NCBI GenBank assembly: GCA_963920595.1
Contig: OY986949.1
Location: 3,720,001 to 3,784,000 of the forward strand
Origin: Eimeria praecox
Lineage: Eukaryota
Direction: 5' to 3'
Length of the DNA: 64,000 nucleotides
Shown: positions 1 through 45,752 of the stretch, one piece after another
Numbering within the stretch: the stretch's first letter is position 1
Layout: each line of letters starts with the position of its first letter
The notes under the pieces: model-generated
What the model saw: the letters and a program-made list of their open reading frames with translations, nothing else
The model's database searches: none
Told to the model about the DNA's origin: nothing
Position numbers and translations under genes: made by a program

Positions 1-135
1 GATGAGCCCCGCGAGGGGCCCCAGTTGGGGCCCCATAAGGGGCCCCATGAGGGGCCCTATAAGGGGTACCATGAGGGGCCCCGTAAGGGGCCCTATGAGG
101 GGCCCCATGTGGAGGGTGTAAGGGGGGGGCCCCCT
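1..135. repeat. Short tandem GGGGCCCC-core repeat (about 12-bp units such as atgaggggcccc) in a DHX37 intron
   Basis: Repeated ggggcccc palindromic cores downstream of the donor at 156. Confidence 0.7.
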
Positions 136-529
136 TCCTCTTTGTTTGTGTCTTACTTGTGTGCTTTTGCCTGATCCTGTAGCGCCTGAGACGCATAGTA
201 CATCAGCATGTTTATGGTGTAAATGGTTTTGTATTTTTTTTCTCTTTCTTTTCGATAGGGCCCCCATAATATCTTGGGGGCCCCCTAGGATATCTTGGGG
301 GCCCCCCTCATCAGAGCTACTACCACAGCCTTCTTCAGCTGCTTGAGATGTTGGATGCTCTTGCTGCAGCAGGAAAGACAGGACCCTCCCTTCCGCCTCA
401 GCAGCAGGTAGTGATGCTCTCGTCTCTTCAATAGCAGCAGAACGATGCAGATATTCTGCTGCTGTCTCAGGAGAGAAAGAAATACAAGGCAAAGCAACAC
501 TCTTCCTCCCTTTACGGCCACAACCACCA

Positions 530-563
<34 letters not shown>

Positions 564-664
564 ATCCTGCTGCTCCCGCTGCTGCTGCTGCTGCTGCTGC
601 TGCTCCTTCTGCTGCTGTGGGACTGGATGCATCCGTTGTGGGGTTGGATGATGAACTGTTGTTG

Positions 665-695
<31 letters not shown>

Positions 696-1348
696 TGGCT
701 GCAGCTGTGGCAGCAGTGTCGCTCTTGTCTTCGCTCTTCAGTTTATCTTCCCCCTGCTGCTGCTCGCCTACGCTTTGTTGCTGCTGTTGCTGCTGCTGTT
801 GCTGCTGCTGTTGCTGCTGTTGCTGCTGCTGTTCTGGCTGCTGCTGCTGCACAGGATGCTGCGTAGGCTGGTCTTCCTCCTTGCTATCTGCCGAAGGATC
901 GACGGATTTCTTTTGCTGCTGCTGCTGCTGCTGCTGTTGCTGCTGCTGCCGCTGTTGCTGTTGCTGCTGCCGCTGCTGCTGCTGCTGCTGCACCACTGCC
1001 TCTCCCCCAGGACCGTCTGCTGTTTTCTCTTTCTGTTTTTTCTGCTGCTGCTGCTGTGTCTTGAGCTGTCGTTGCTGCTGCAGCTGCTGCTGCTTTCGCT
1101 GTATCTCCTGCTGTATTAACAAGGCCTTTCTAGCCTTCTTCTGCATCCGCCGTCCCTTAACACCTGCTAGCAGCAACCCGTTGCTCAGAAGCAGCTGCGC
1201 CTTGGCTAGCTGTACCTCTTCACCTTCAACACCTGCTGCTGCTGCTGCTGCTGCTCCTGCTGCTGCTGCTGCTGCTCCTTCCTCTGATGCACCTGCTGCG
1301 GCATCTGCTGCGGCACCTGCACCTCCTTCGTCAGGCGGCTGAATGACT

Positions 1349-1382
<34 letters not shown>

Positions 1383-1680
1383 ACAGACACGCAGCAGACC
1401 TTGTAGCTGCTCCTATTGCTCCAGCTACACCATCCCAGCAGCAGCAGCAACGCCAGCAGCAGCAGCAGCAGCGATACCAGCACCCGCAGCAGCAGCAGTA
1501 TGCCAACAGCAACCTTTACTGCAGAGAAAGAAGCTGCTGCTGCTGTTGCAGCAGCAGCAGCAGCAGCAGCAGCAGGATCGAAGGAAGCTTAACCTACTAG
1601 TTGCTAGCTGATGCCTCTCCAGCTCCTCGCACAGCTTGGCTTTCATGTCCTTCTCTTTGTGCTTCTTCTGCAGCATTCGA

Positions 1681-1712
<32 letters not shown>

Positions 1713-1753
1713 GAAGATAGCAGCAGACGCAGCAGCAGCAGCAGCAAAAGCAA

Positions 1754-1785
<32 letters not shown>

Positions 1786-1899
1786 GCAGCGGCTAAGGAG
1801 CCTCAGCAGCACCCCACAAGCTACTTGAAGGAGCGGAGAGGACATACCAAGAGCTGTTTTATTTTTCTTTCTTTCCTGCTGCTGCCTTGCTTCTTTTGC

Positions 1900-1933
<34 letters not shown>

Positions 1934-2399
1934 TCTGCTGACTCGCCTTCTTCACTTTCGAATTACGTGGCATCAGCAGCAGCGCGTTGCTGCCAGCCTC
2001 TGAATCCTGCAGCAGCAGCAGCAGAAACAGCAGCAGCAGAACTGCAGCAGCAGATGGGGGCCCCTCTTCTGTAATGCAGGCATAGAGGCATACAGCAGCA
2101 GCAAACAGCAGCAGCAGCAGCAAACAGCAGCAGCAGCAGCAGAAAGCAGCTGCTGCAAAAGGAACAGCTCCGACAGCAAAGACTGCAGCAGCTGCTGCAA
2201 CAGCAACTTGGACGGCAGCATATGCTACAGCAGCAGCAGCAGCAGCAACGGCAGCAGCAACACCAGCAGCAACAGCAGCAGCAACAACAGAAATAGCAGC
2301 AGCAGCAGCAGCAGCAGAACCGTAGCCGAGCCCTACCCCAAGGGCCTCTCCCCCAAACAAAGAGGCATCGAGCAGCACTTTGCTGCTCTCTGTCTTCAT
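1..2399 (-). CDS. DHX37: DEAH-box RNA helicase, DHX37/Dhr1-like (5' part; gene continues beyond the left edge)
   Basis: Phase-consistent GT-AG exons are 2399-2337, 2006-1848, 1667-1598 and 1346-157; donor GTAAGA at 156 opens an intron running off the window. ATG context is gcaaaaATG. The translation gives GSNALLLMP..KKQ..RKERKIKQLLKKHKEKDMKAKLCEELERHQL, resembling the DHX37 N-terminus (SNALVLP...). It also gives YLHRSAAIEETRASLPAAEAE (pre-RecA1 R..eI...R..LP motif) and Walker A VLCVSGATGSGKSTQ. The main exon is missing from the ORF track because its frame has no stop before the edge. Confidence 0.85.
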
Positions 2400-2431
2400 T
2401 TTTGCTGTATGTTGATTTGTCTGCTTCAGGT

Positions 2432-2492
<61 letters not shown>

Positions 2493-2635
2493 AATGTTGC
2501 TGCTGCTGCGGCTGCTGCTGCTGTCTTTTGGATTCTGAATTGCTGCAGCTGCTACCAGTTGCCCTCGCAACTACTTTTGCTGCTGCTTGCTTTCTTGCAT
2601 CTGTAGCTGTTGCTGCTGCTGCTGCTGCTGCTGCT

Positions 2636-2668
<33 letters not shown>

Positions 2669-2773
2669 TCCTTCTCTATACGTCTTCAAGAACCTCCTAT
2701 GCAGCCACAGCTGCAGCAGAAGACCCCTCGAGAGAGGGGCCCTTGGAGGCCCCCTTCTACCAGCTACTTGCAG

Positions 2774-2860
2774 TAGGGTTTAGGGTTTATTAGGGTTTAG
2801 GGTTTATTAGGGTTTATTAGGGTTTAGGGTTTATTAGGGTTTATTAGGGTTTAGGGTTTA
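2774..2860 (+). repeat. Interstitial telomere-like repeat TTTAGGG with TTTATTAGGG variants
   Basis: Read directly; lies between the divergent DHX37 and TLC genes. Confidence 0.95.
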
Positions 2861-2986
2861 GATTATATGAACAGACTTCCTTCAGAAGCCTTCTATGATC
2901 TAAATAACAAGGAAGAAAGGATAAAGACCCTAGGGACTTTGTATAACATCGAGGAGGGGCCCCCGGAGGCCCCCAGTGTGGGGCTG

Positions 2987-3031
<45 letters not shown>

Positions 3032-3145
3032 AGCTGCTGCTGCTGCAGCAGCAGCAACCTCAGCAGCTACAAGTGCAGCAGCGAAGGTCTTCTATGGAAA
3101 CTGTTACGAGTTTGGATATTTGCACTCGTGACTTTCCGTCGCCGT

Positions 3146-3182
<37 letters not shown>

Positions 3183-3209
3183 AGTTGCTGCAGTTGCTGC
3201 TTCTACGCT

Positions 3210-3244
<35 letters not shown>

Positions 3245-3542
3245 GGGCTGGTCTCCTCCGACTGTATGTGCTGAAAGTGTATCTTTGTTTCTTTTTTGTA
3301 TTATATTTTATTATTAATTATATTTAATTATTATATTATTTCTTTTCTTTCTTGTCTCGAAGCAGAAGCACCGCAGGAGAGCTCCGCCGCCTCCTCAAGG
3401 GCCGGGCCCCCCCCCCCCCCCCCCCCCCCAAATTATCTTGTTTTTTTGTATTTCTTTTCGTATAACCTCCATTATTATCTGAAATTCATTAAATATTTTA
3501 TATTTGTGTTTTTTTTTGTGTTTATTTGAGTGTTTTTCGTTG

Positions 3543-4148
3543 ATGGGGGCCCCTTGGTCTGCTGCGGCTGTGCGTAGCATGCTGCAGACATACCTTCCAT
3601 CGCTATCTTCTTTCTCTTTATGGAGTTATATTTTTATGTTTTTATTTTGTTATTTACATATTTTATTATATTTATTATTACAACAATTGCGGCAATCTCC
3701 ATATCAACAGCATTTACCACTGTTGCAGCAGGGTATATGGCCTCGCCATGGCATCAATCGTATTCTATGTATAGTACATAGCTCTGTTGTTATAATTTGG
3801 GGCTGTGGTGTTATGCATGCAGAGAATAAAATTATAGGAGTGTTTGGGGCTGGAGGAGAAGAGGGTTGTGGCTCTCCTATATATTTTGGCACTACTATGT
3901 CTGCCTCTCAAAGAGCTATGCTATTATACTCCTTTTCATTCTTTATTTATGATCTGTTGTATGTCTTATCTGAGAGAGATATACCTACTACTCTACATCA
4001 TATTGGGGCTGTTCTTGCTATTAGTTGTAGCTTCATGCATGCAGCAGCAGGAGCTGAACTGGTTGCTGGCTTAACCCTGGGAGAGTGTAGCACACCACTG
4101 CTTCATCTCCGTTACTTCTTTCGACATTTCGCTGCTGTAACAGCAGAC

Positions 4149-4180
<32 letters not shown>

Positions 4181-4233
4181 GCAGCTGGAGCAGCAGCAGC
4201 AGCAGCAGCAGCAGCTGGAGCAGCAGCAGCAGC

Positions 4234-4272
<39 letters not shown>

Positions 4273-4336
4273 GGCCCCCTACTACCTCCTTTGGTACAGG
4301 AGGGGGCCCAAAGGGAGGCGACAAAGGCTCGAATGT

Positions 4337-4412
<76 letters not shown>

Positions 4413-4694
4413 GGACTATGTGTACGTCGACTACCGCAGGGTATATTTGGTGTTTCTTTTCATTATCTAAACAGAATAGCAGAATTGGGGTTTGTATTTA
4501 TATTTATAACCGCTAGAGCTGTAGGAGGTACAGCCCTAACTGTTGCTGCATGCAGATGTGTACATACACCCCAACCTGTTAAATTTATGGCTGTCTTAGT
4601 TTGTTTAATTAGTTATTTTTGGATCGCTCAGATATTATTTCTGGTTTATCGAAGAGGGTCTGCAGGCAGACAAAGACACAATAAAAATAAATAA
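3543..4694 (+). CDS. TLC (TRAM/LAG1/CLN8) domain multi-pass membrane protein, TMEM136/TLCD-like, 383 aa, single exon
   Basis: Motifs NRILCIVHS, SFFIYDL, LHH, GAEL..LGECSTPLLHLRYF, F..F...R and LISYFWIAQI follow the TLC domain pattern. Several hydrophobic helices are present. The first ATG in the ORF is at 3543. Confidence 0.85.
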
Positions 4695-5399
4695 AATAAA
4701 ACTTATTAATCCTACTCCTACTCCTACTCCTCCTGCTGATCGTGCTGCTGCTGATGCTCGTGCTGCTGCTGCTGCTGCTGATGCTGCTGCGGCCGAACCA
4801 TCTGCAGCAGCAGCTGCAGCAGCAGCACGAGCAGCAGCAGCTGCAGCAGCTGCAGCAGCAGCACGAGCAGCAGCAGCAGCACGAGCAGCAGCAGCAGCAA
4901 TTGCAGCAGCAGCCGCATTCGTGGAGGACAGGACAGCCACAACAACAGAGGCAGCAGCTAACAGTGCAGTAGCACAAGCAGAAGGGAGCTGGGGGCTTGC
5001 AGCAGCTGCAGCAGCAGCAGCAGCTGCTGCTGCTGCTGCTGCTGCAGCACATAGACACACAACAAACGCAAAAGTGCACAGGCTTCTTTTGCTGGGCAGG
5101 AGGCAGCAGCAGCAGATCCAGCAGCAGCAGCAGCAGCAGATCCAGCAGCAGCAGCAGCAGCAGCAGCAGATCCAGCAGCAGCAGCAGCAGATCCAGCAGC
5201 AGCAGCAGCAGCAGCCTGCAGCAGCTTTAGAAGCAGCAGCAGATGCGGAAGAAACACAAGCACCTGCAGCAGCAGCAACTGCAGCAAAAGCAACAGCAAC
5301 TGCTGCTGCTGTATAAACACCAGCAAGTGAAGCAGCAGCAGCAGCATCTGCTGCTGCTGCTGCTGCTGCAGCAATGAGGAAGTTTGTTTATATCAACAC

Positions 5400-5628
5400 T
5401 CAGATATTCTGAATAATGATTTGGCTCTTGGTTAGACTGCGGAGACAGCTGCCTAGGGTTTAGGGTTTAGGGTTTAGGGTTTAGGGTTTAGGGTTTAGGG
5501 TTTAGGGTTTAGGGTTTAGGGTTTGGGGTAGTTAGGTACTGTGTTCGCAAGGATGCTGCGGAGACACCTGAAGAGGGGTTTAGAGACAATGAGGGAGGGA
5601 GGGAGTTTGGGGTTTAATAAGAGACAGA

Positions 5629-5709
<81 letters not shown>

Positions 5710-5790
5710 AGAAACAAAAGGAGACAGACAGATAGACAGACAGATAGAGAGACAACGAGAAGAGACAGAGGCACAGCAATCTAGAAAGAG

Positions 5791-5867
<77 letters not shown>

Positions 5868-6126
5868 ATACAAACCCTCGTTCATATATCCCTGCAGACG
5901 TAGGGCCTTACAGCTGCTTCAGCAGCAGCAGCAACAAGCAGCAGCAGCAGCAACAAGCAGCAGCAGCGGCAGCAGCAAACAGCAGCAGCAAACACATGGG
6001 GTGTATAGACAGCGAGCGAGTGTTTAGTTATATGAAGACCTCCGCAGCATCTCTCCGCTGTACATACACCCGGAGAGTCGAAGGATGAGAAAGCTGTACG
6101 GTAGAACCCCTCCTCAACAGATACAG
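5400..6126 (-). CDS. Candidate 3' exons of a small hypothetical micro-exon gene
   Basis: A phase-consistent chain of about 6126-5996, 5891-5876, 5555-5540 and 5436-5400 reads ..VSVEEGFYRTAFSSFDSPGVCTAERCCGGLHITKHSLAVYTPH|GYMNE|ASLRT|HLTKSQIIIQNI*. Acceptors are ctgcag and tgtctccgcag twice. The introns hold CTG, TA/TC and CCCTAAA repeats. Donors are weak and I recognise no homology. Confidence 0.3.
5454..5527 (+). repeat. Interstitial telomere-like (TTTAGGG)n, about 10 units
   Basis: Read directly. Confidence 0.95.
5620..5863. repeat. (GA)n/GAGACA tract followed by (TA)n microsatellite
   Basis: Read directly. Confidence 0.95.
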
Positions 6127-6312
6127 CTAGCAGCAGCTAGCTGCTACTAACCTCAGCTAGCTGCTGCTAGCCTCAAGTAGCTGCTGCTGCCCTCAGCTAG
6201 CTGCAGCTAGCTAGGCGCAGAGAGCGATACACGGCCTGCCTTCGGAGTAGGGAGCTGTGGCTAGCTACAGCTAGCTACAGCTAGCTACAGTACAGAGAGA
6301 GAGGCTGTAGCT
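6121..6312. repeat. AGCT-core repeat (CTAGCTACAG and CAGCTAG units)
   Basis: Three tandem CTAGCTACAG at 6261-6290 plus degenerate units; the reverse complement of the decamer array at 41552-41841. Confidence 0.75.
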
Positions 6313-6314
6313 GC

Positions 6315-6352
<38 letters not shown>

Positions 6353-6840
6353 TTGCTGCTGTTGCTTCAAGGCTCAGAAGAGCATATGCAGCAATAATAA
6401 ATATTGTTTATTTGCTATTTATGTTTGTTTTCAAATTTAATTTCGTAGTTTAATTCTATAAATAGTCTTCGTGTTTATTATCTGTTATAGTAGGAAGACA
6501 ACAGACAGACAGGCGGTGTGTGATGTGGGGGTTTGAGGGTGCGTCTAGCTTGTAATATAGCTGAAAAGAAGTATATAAATGTAATTTAAATCATAATAAA
6601 TAATATTTAATGCTATTTCAGAGTTTGAATAGAAGAAAAACACAAAATAACACAGTCGGTGGCTCTCTCTCTCTCTCTCTGCTCATCAACTACTTGCCTG
6701 TGGTAAGTGGGGACCTGACAGCTATTCTGCAGCAAATATATTAGAATAAATATAATAAAATAATATAATTTAAAACAAAATAATTAATTTAATTTGTTTT
6801 TAATTTATATACTCAAACAGAGGCTGAGACCCTGCTGCTC

Positions 6841-6877
<37 letters not shown>

Positions 6878-7474
6878 ACCAGCCAGGAGCGGCAGCCGCA
6901 ATGATGATGTCTACAGAGAATGGGCTTAATAAGGCTTATTTTTTTGTTTCTTTTTTGTAAATATTAAATAAAAAGGTAAATAAATATTATTATTTAATTT
7001 ATTTCATCTTTTTTCGCTCTATAAACACCAAAAACAACCCGAAAGAGAGCGAGTTACTGCTGGTCTGGCGCCGGTGACTGTGCCGTCGGTCCACTGCCTC
7101 TCTCCGTAGTATATACCTTCTCTGTATAAGCATTTATTGTATAATAAAATATAAATATGTTTATTAATTGTATTTATTAAATATTTATACAATAATTAAC
7201 ACAAGAATAGCTCCAAAGGGAGGCAACACACAGCCTCCTGCTCGCCCCACGACCGCAGACACTGTGCATGTGTCTACACCAATATTATATTTGTTGCTGC
7301 TTCGGTTATTCTCTGAAGCAGTATTTGTCTTTTTTTATTTTATTTCGAGTGTACAGACACCCCAACAAGACCTAAACCCTGCACAGACAGCAAGCAACAC
7401 CAGCAGCACCAGCAGCACCAGCAGCACTAGCAGCACTAGCAGCAACAGCAACAGCAGCAGCAGCAGCAACAGCA

Positions 7475-7509
<35 letters not shown>

Positions 7510-7574
7510 GGAGTAGCTGCCCTTCAGACACAAGTACATCGATCTGCTGCACCAGTGATGAGCAGGAAGGAGAG

Positions 7575-40795
<33,221 letters not shown>

Positions 40796-40799
40796 AAAC

Positions 40800-41172
40800 A
40801 AGAGACAGAAAGAGATAGAAGGAGACAGAGAGAGAGAGAGAGACAGAGACAGAGAGAGAGACAGAGAGAGAGAGACAGAAGGAGACAGAGAGAGAAAGAA
40901 GGAGACAGAAGGAGACAGAGGGAGAGACAGAAGGAGACAGAGAGAGAGAGAGAGAGACAGAAGGAGATGGGGGGAGAAGGGAGGAGACAGAAGGAGACAG
41001 AAGGAGACAGAGAGAGAGACAGCAGGAGAGACAGCCTCAATTTAATTCTACATTGAGGAAGAGATATATAAGTTGGTTTTAGTTAGAGAGAGAGACAGAG
41101 AGACAGAGAAAGACAGAGAGAGAGACAGAAAGACAGAGAGAGAAAGAGAGAGAGACAGAGAGAGACAGAGAA

Positions 41173-41218
<46 letters not shown>

Positions 41219-41385
41219 GGAGAGAGAGATAGAAGCTGTCTCCTTTTCTGTTGACTGTCTCCTTTTCTTTTGACTGTCTCCTTTAAGTGTCTCCTTCTGT
41301 TTCTATGAATAAACAGCAGCACATACACCTCATCTATTAACTTACAGGTTGTTGTATATAATTATAATTTAGGTATACGTATTAG

Positions 41386-41456
<71 letters not shown>
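40800..41456. repeat. GA/GAGACA-rich tract and (TA)n downstream of the HECT stop codon
   Basis: Read directly. Confidence 0.9.
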
Positions 41457-41458
<2 letters not shown>

Positions 41459-41551
41459 GCAGCTAGCTGCGGCTAGCTAGCTAGCTAGCTAGCTAGCTAG
41501 CGACTTGCGGCTCTCTCTAGCTTGTAGCTGTATACAATATGCGACAATGGC

Positions 41552-41841
41552 CATCTGTAGCTAGCTGTAGCTAGCTGTGGCTATCTGTAGCTATCTGTAG
41601 CTATCTGTAGCTAGCTGTGGCTAGCTGTAGCTGGCTGTAGCTGGCTGTAGCTATCTGCAGCTATCTGTAGCTATCTGTGGCTATCTGTAGCTAGCTGTAG
41701 CTATCTGTAGCTAGCTGTAGCTAGCTGTAGCTAGCTGTAGCTATCTGTAGCTAGCTGTAGCTAGCTGTATATCTCTAGCTAGCTGTGGGTAGCTGTAGCT
41801 AGCTGTGGGTAGCTGTAGCTAGCTGTAGCTAGCTGTAGCTG
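41552..41841. repeat. 10-bp minisatellite (CTAGCTGTAG/CTATCTGTAG)n, about 29 units, preceded by (AGCT)n at about 41474-41501
   Basis: Read directly. Confidence 0.9.
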
Positions 41842-41928
41842 CTACTGAGGGGATTCGGCGACGGCCTCATGGCTCTAGCAGCGAAGTAGAGGTGTTTGGG
41901 TTTTAGTATAACATTGTAAGATATATAT

Positions 41929-41995
<67 letters not shown>

Positions 41996-42052
41996 TGTTA
42001 AGATATTTATATAATATACATATAGATATATTATATTATATATATGTATATG

Positions 42053-42118
<66 letters not shown>

Positions 42119-42325
42119 TAAAATATATACAGGTGTTCAAGGCCGCCTATAGAGTATGAGAGAGAGTTTGTGTATATATTAATTAGTTAATTATATTTAT
42201 ATTTAAATTAATATTTAATTATTTTAATAAATAAATAAAAAATATAAAATATGAAGAGAGAAGAACAAACTCGAGCCGCTATCGAGTGGCGGGGGCCCCC
42301 TTACTGCTGCAGCAACGGGGCTACA

Positions 42326-42460
<135 letters not shown>

Positions 42461-42556
42461 CTTTGATTTTTCTGTTTCTATTTGTTTTTATTCGAGTGTA
42501 ATTTATTTTATATTTTTCATAGTTTGAGGAGCAAAAGCCCTAACTGTTGCTGCTGC

Positions 42557-42592
<36 letters not shown>

Positions 42593-42756
42593 CGCTCCTG
42601 CTGCTGTTGCCGGCCTTCTATAGCTGTTCCTGCTGCTCCTGCTCCTGCTGCTCCTGCTGCTGCTGCTGTTGCTGCTGTTGCTGTTGTTGCTGCTGCTCTA
42701 CCGCCAATGTAGGGGCCCCCAGGGTACAGGCTTAGGATTCAATGTTTTTTTTTTAA

Positions 42757-43076
42757 ATGAGTTATTTACCTCTTACGATTTCAGAGGGTTGGCAGCTGGG
42801 GCCCCCCAACCTCGGGGGCCCCCCCCTCTGTACCCACGGTCAAGAGGGGCCCCCCCTTGCCCCTCCAGGGGCCCCCGATGGGGGCCCCTCTGGGATCGCC
42901 GAGGGGGCCCCTCAGGAGATCCTTGACGGGGGGGCCCCAGGGGCCCCCCAAGAGGGGCCCCTCGGGGGCCCCCAAGGGGGCCCCCATGGGGGGCCCTTCT
43001 CTATAGGCCTGTTAGATGATCCTGAGGGGCCTGCTGTGCCCTCTATGCCCTGTACAAGCGAAGAGGCCCCTCCAGA

Positions 43077-43107
<31 letters not shown>

Positions 43108-44019
43108 TCTTCTGCTGCTGCTGCTGCTGCTGCTGTAGCAGGTGTAGCAGGGACGGATCGGGGGTCTTCTCGCTCGTCTTCTTCAGCAGAAGAAGCAGCA
43201 GCACCAGACACAGCAGCAACAGAAGCAACAACAAGAGCAACAGCAGCAGCAGCAACAGCAGCAGCAGCAACAGCAGCAGCAGCAACAGCAGCAGCAGCAG
43301 GGGAGGGAGAAGGAGAGGGCCCCCTAGACGAGTGGGCCCCCTCCCCTCCTCCTCGTCTCTGGCGTTGGTTGTTTGATTTTTTAGAGCAACAAATCAAAGC
43401 TTTCCCGGAGCCAGAGCCGTGTAAGGAAGCAGCAGCAGCAGATGCTGCAGCAACAGCAACAGAAGCAGCAGCAGCAGCAGTAGCAGCAGACGTTACAGCA
43501 GCAGCAGCAGCTTTTGAAACAGAAACTACAACACACCCTGATGCAGCACATGCTGCAGCTGCTGCTGCAGCAGCAGCAGCTGCTGCTGCTGCTGCTGCTT
43601 CAGGAGCAATAGATGGAGAGGTACATACAGCAGCAGCTGAGGGGCCCCACAGTACCGAGCAGCAGCAGCAGCAGCAGCAGCAGGGGCCCCCCTTCTTGAA
43701 TGCAGCTGCTTCATTATCTTGTACGGATGCAGCAGAAGCAGCAGCAGCAACAGTATCACCAGCACCAGCAGAAGCAGCAGCAGCAGCAGCAGCAGCAGAT
43801 GCTGCAGCAGCACGCAGTCCTTCTGTATCTTCTTCACATGCCGCTGCAGCAGCAGCAGCAGCAGCTGCTGCTGCTGCTGCTTCTATACCTTCTGAGGGGC
43901 CCCCTCTTAGTTTCAGCAGCAAGGGTACATCTAGTTCTTACTTCTCCTTAGCTAGCGGGGGCGTAGAGGCCCTGTGGGGGCCCCTGTGGGGCCCCTCACA
44001 CACAGTGGACTTGTATGGG

Positions 44020-44050
<31 letters not shown>

Positions 44051-44452
44051 ACAGCAACAACAACAACAACAACAACAGCAGCAGCAGCAGTAGCAGTAGC
44101 AGCAGCAGCAGCGCCGCTGCTGGTCCTGGGGGCCCCCCCCTAGATCAACAAGGGGGGGGGGGGCCCCTGCTGCTGCGGAAGCAGCAGCGAGTGGGCTCAG
44201 CAGTAATGATAGTGCTGCAGATTGCTGTGGACCTGCTGCTGTCTGCTCAGCGTCGGTCTCAGCTTCTCTTAGATGCTATAACATCAGGGGCCCCCAAGGT
44301 AGGGGGGCCCCCCCCTCGTAGTGCTGCTGCTGCAGTACCCTTCAGGGGGCCCCCTGCTGCTATGTGGGCCCCAGAGGGAGGGGCCCTGATGATGGAGGGG
44401 GCCCCTCTCGACGAGGCCTCTAGATCCTTAGCAAACATACAGCACCAGCAGA

Positions 44453-44548
<96 letters not shown>

Positions 44549-44735
44549 GGTTGTTAGGTAAAGGAGAGAAGATAGATTTAGCAGGTGTATTGGCAGCTAC
44601 TCAACCTGAGCTTCGGCTGTCTCGACTCTGTCAAGACACACTAAAAACATTGCTGCAGCATGTTGAAGATGAGGGGGGGCCCTCAGGAGGGGGGCCCCCC
44701 GAAGCAGCAGCAGCAGCAGCAGCAGGAACAGCAGG

Positions 44736-44772
<37 letters not shown>

Positions 44773-45378
44773 AGCCCTAAAAACACAAACTCTGAGGACA
44801 GCAACACTGTGCAGCAGCTGCTACGAAGGCTTCAGCTCACGCAGCAGCTCCTAGAGCAGCAGCAGCAGCAGCTTGAAGCAGCCTTGGGTGCAGCTAGCAG
44901 CACAGTCTCTGCTCCTGCTGCTGCTGCTGCTGCTGCTGGTGCTGCTGCTGCTCCTGGTGCTGCTGCTGCTGGTCCTGCAGCAGCAACAGCAGCAGCAGCA
45001 GCAGCAGCAGCTCGAGAAGGTATTCGAAAGCTCCCAGGGGCCCCCATATTAGAGGAGGAGCAGAAGGGGGGCCCCCCAGATTATCTAACAGGGGGGCCCC
45101 CCTCAGATTATCTTACAGGGGGGGGCCCCCCTCTGAATATGTGGGGGGGCCCCCCCTCTTCTGCCTCTCTGTACCCTGAAGGGCCTAATCGAGCAGCAGA
45201 AATCAAGCAGCTAATAATACAGACGCAGCAGGATGTGCAGCAGCAGCAGCAGCAGCAGCAGCAAAGTCTAGATGTGCTGGGGGGCCTCCTCTCAGAATCA
45301 AGAGCCCTGCTGCAACGGCTGCAGCAGGTGCAGCAGCAGCTGCAGCAGCGAGCGTGGTTGACAGGCATTCAGCTGCGC

Positions 45379-45415
<37 letters not shown>

Positions 45416-45508
45416 GGGCCCCTCCTACTAATGCTGCAGCAGGTGCAGCAGGACGATTTGAAGGGTGTGCTGCAGATGAAGGAGAAGCAGCAGAAGCAGA
45501 AGCAGAAG

Positions 45509-45550
<42 letters not shown>

Positions 45551-45720
45551 GATCTCGTGATATGCTGCGGCTTCGGGTCCAACAAGAAGATGAAGTAGCA
45601 GCAATTAATATGGCGTATAGAGAATTAGAGGAGCAATTAATAATAATAAGAAAGAGCTTGCTTACAATAGCAGCAGCTAAAGAGGAGACAGAAGCAGCAG
45701 CAGCAGCAGCAGCAGCAGGT

Positions 45721-45752
<32 letters not shown>

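Noticed and set aside
617..1342. 241-aa + strand Cys-rich ORF resembling a metallothionein
   Set aside because: It is the antisense shadow of DHX37 exon 4.
2867..3327. ORF MNRLPSEAFYDLNNKEERIKTLG.. as a separate small gene
   Set aside because: It runs into poly-Cys/Leu, has no recognisable motif, and I found no consistent upstream exon with a start codon. It is left unassigned.
4700..5400. Overlapping 70-156-aa ORFs on both strands
   Set aside because: They are repeat-dominated with no consistent gene structure and are more likely 3' UTR sequence.
6690..6915. A splice-created TGA on the - strand suggesting a selenoprotein
   Set aside because: It depends on arbitrary exon choices; there is no redox motif and no SECIS that I could identify.
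41552..41841. CRISPR-like array
   Set aside because: Contiguous 10-bp units have no unique spacers, there are no cas genes, and the context is eukaryotic.
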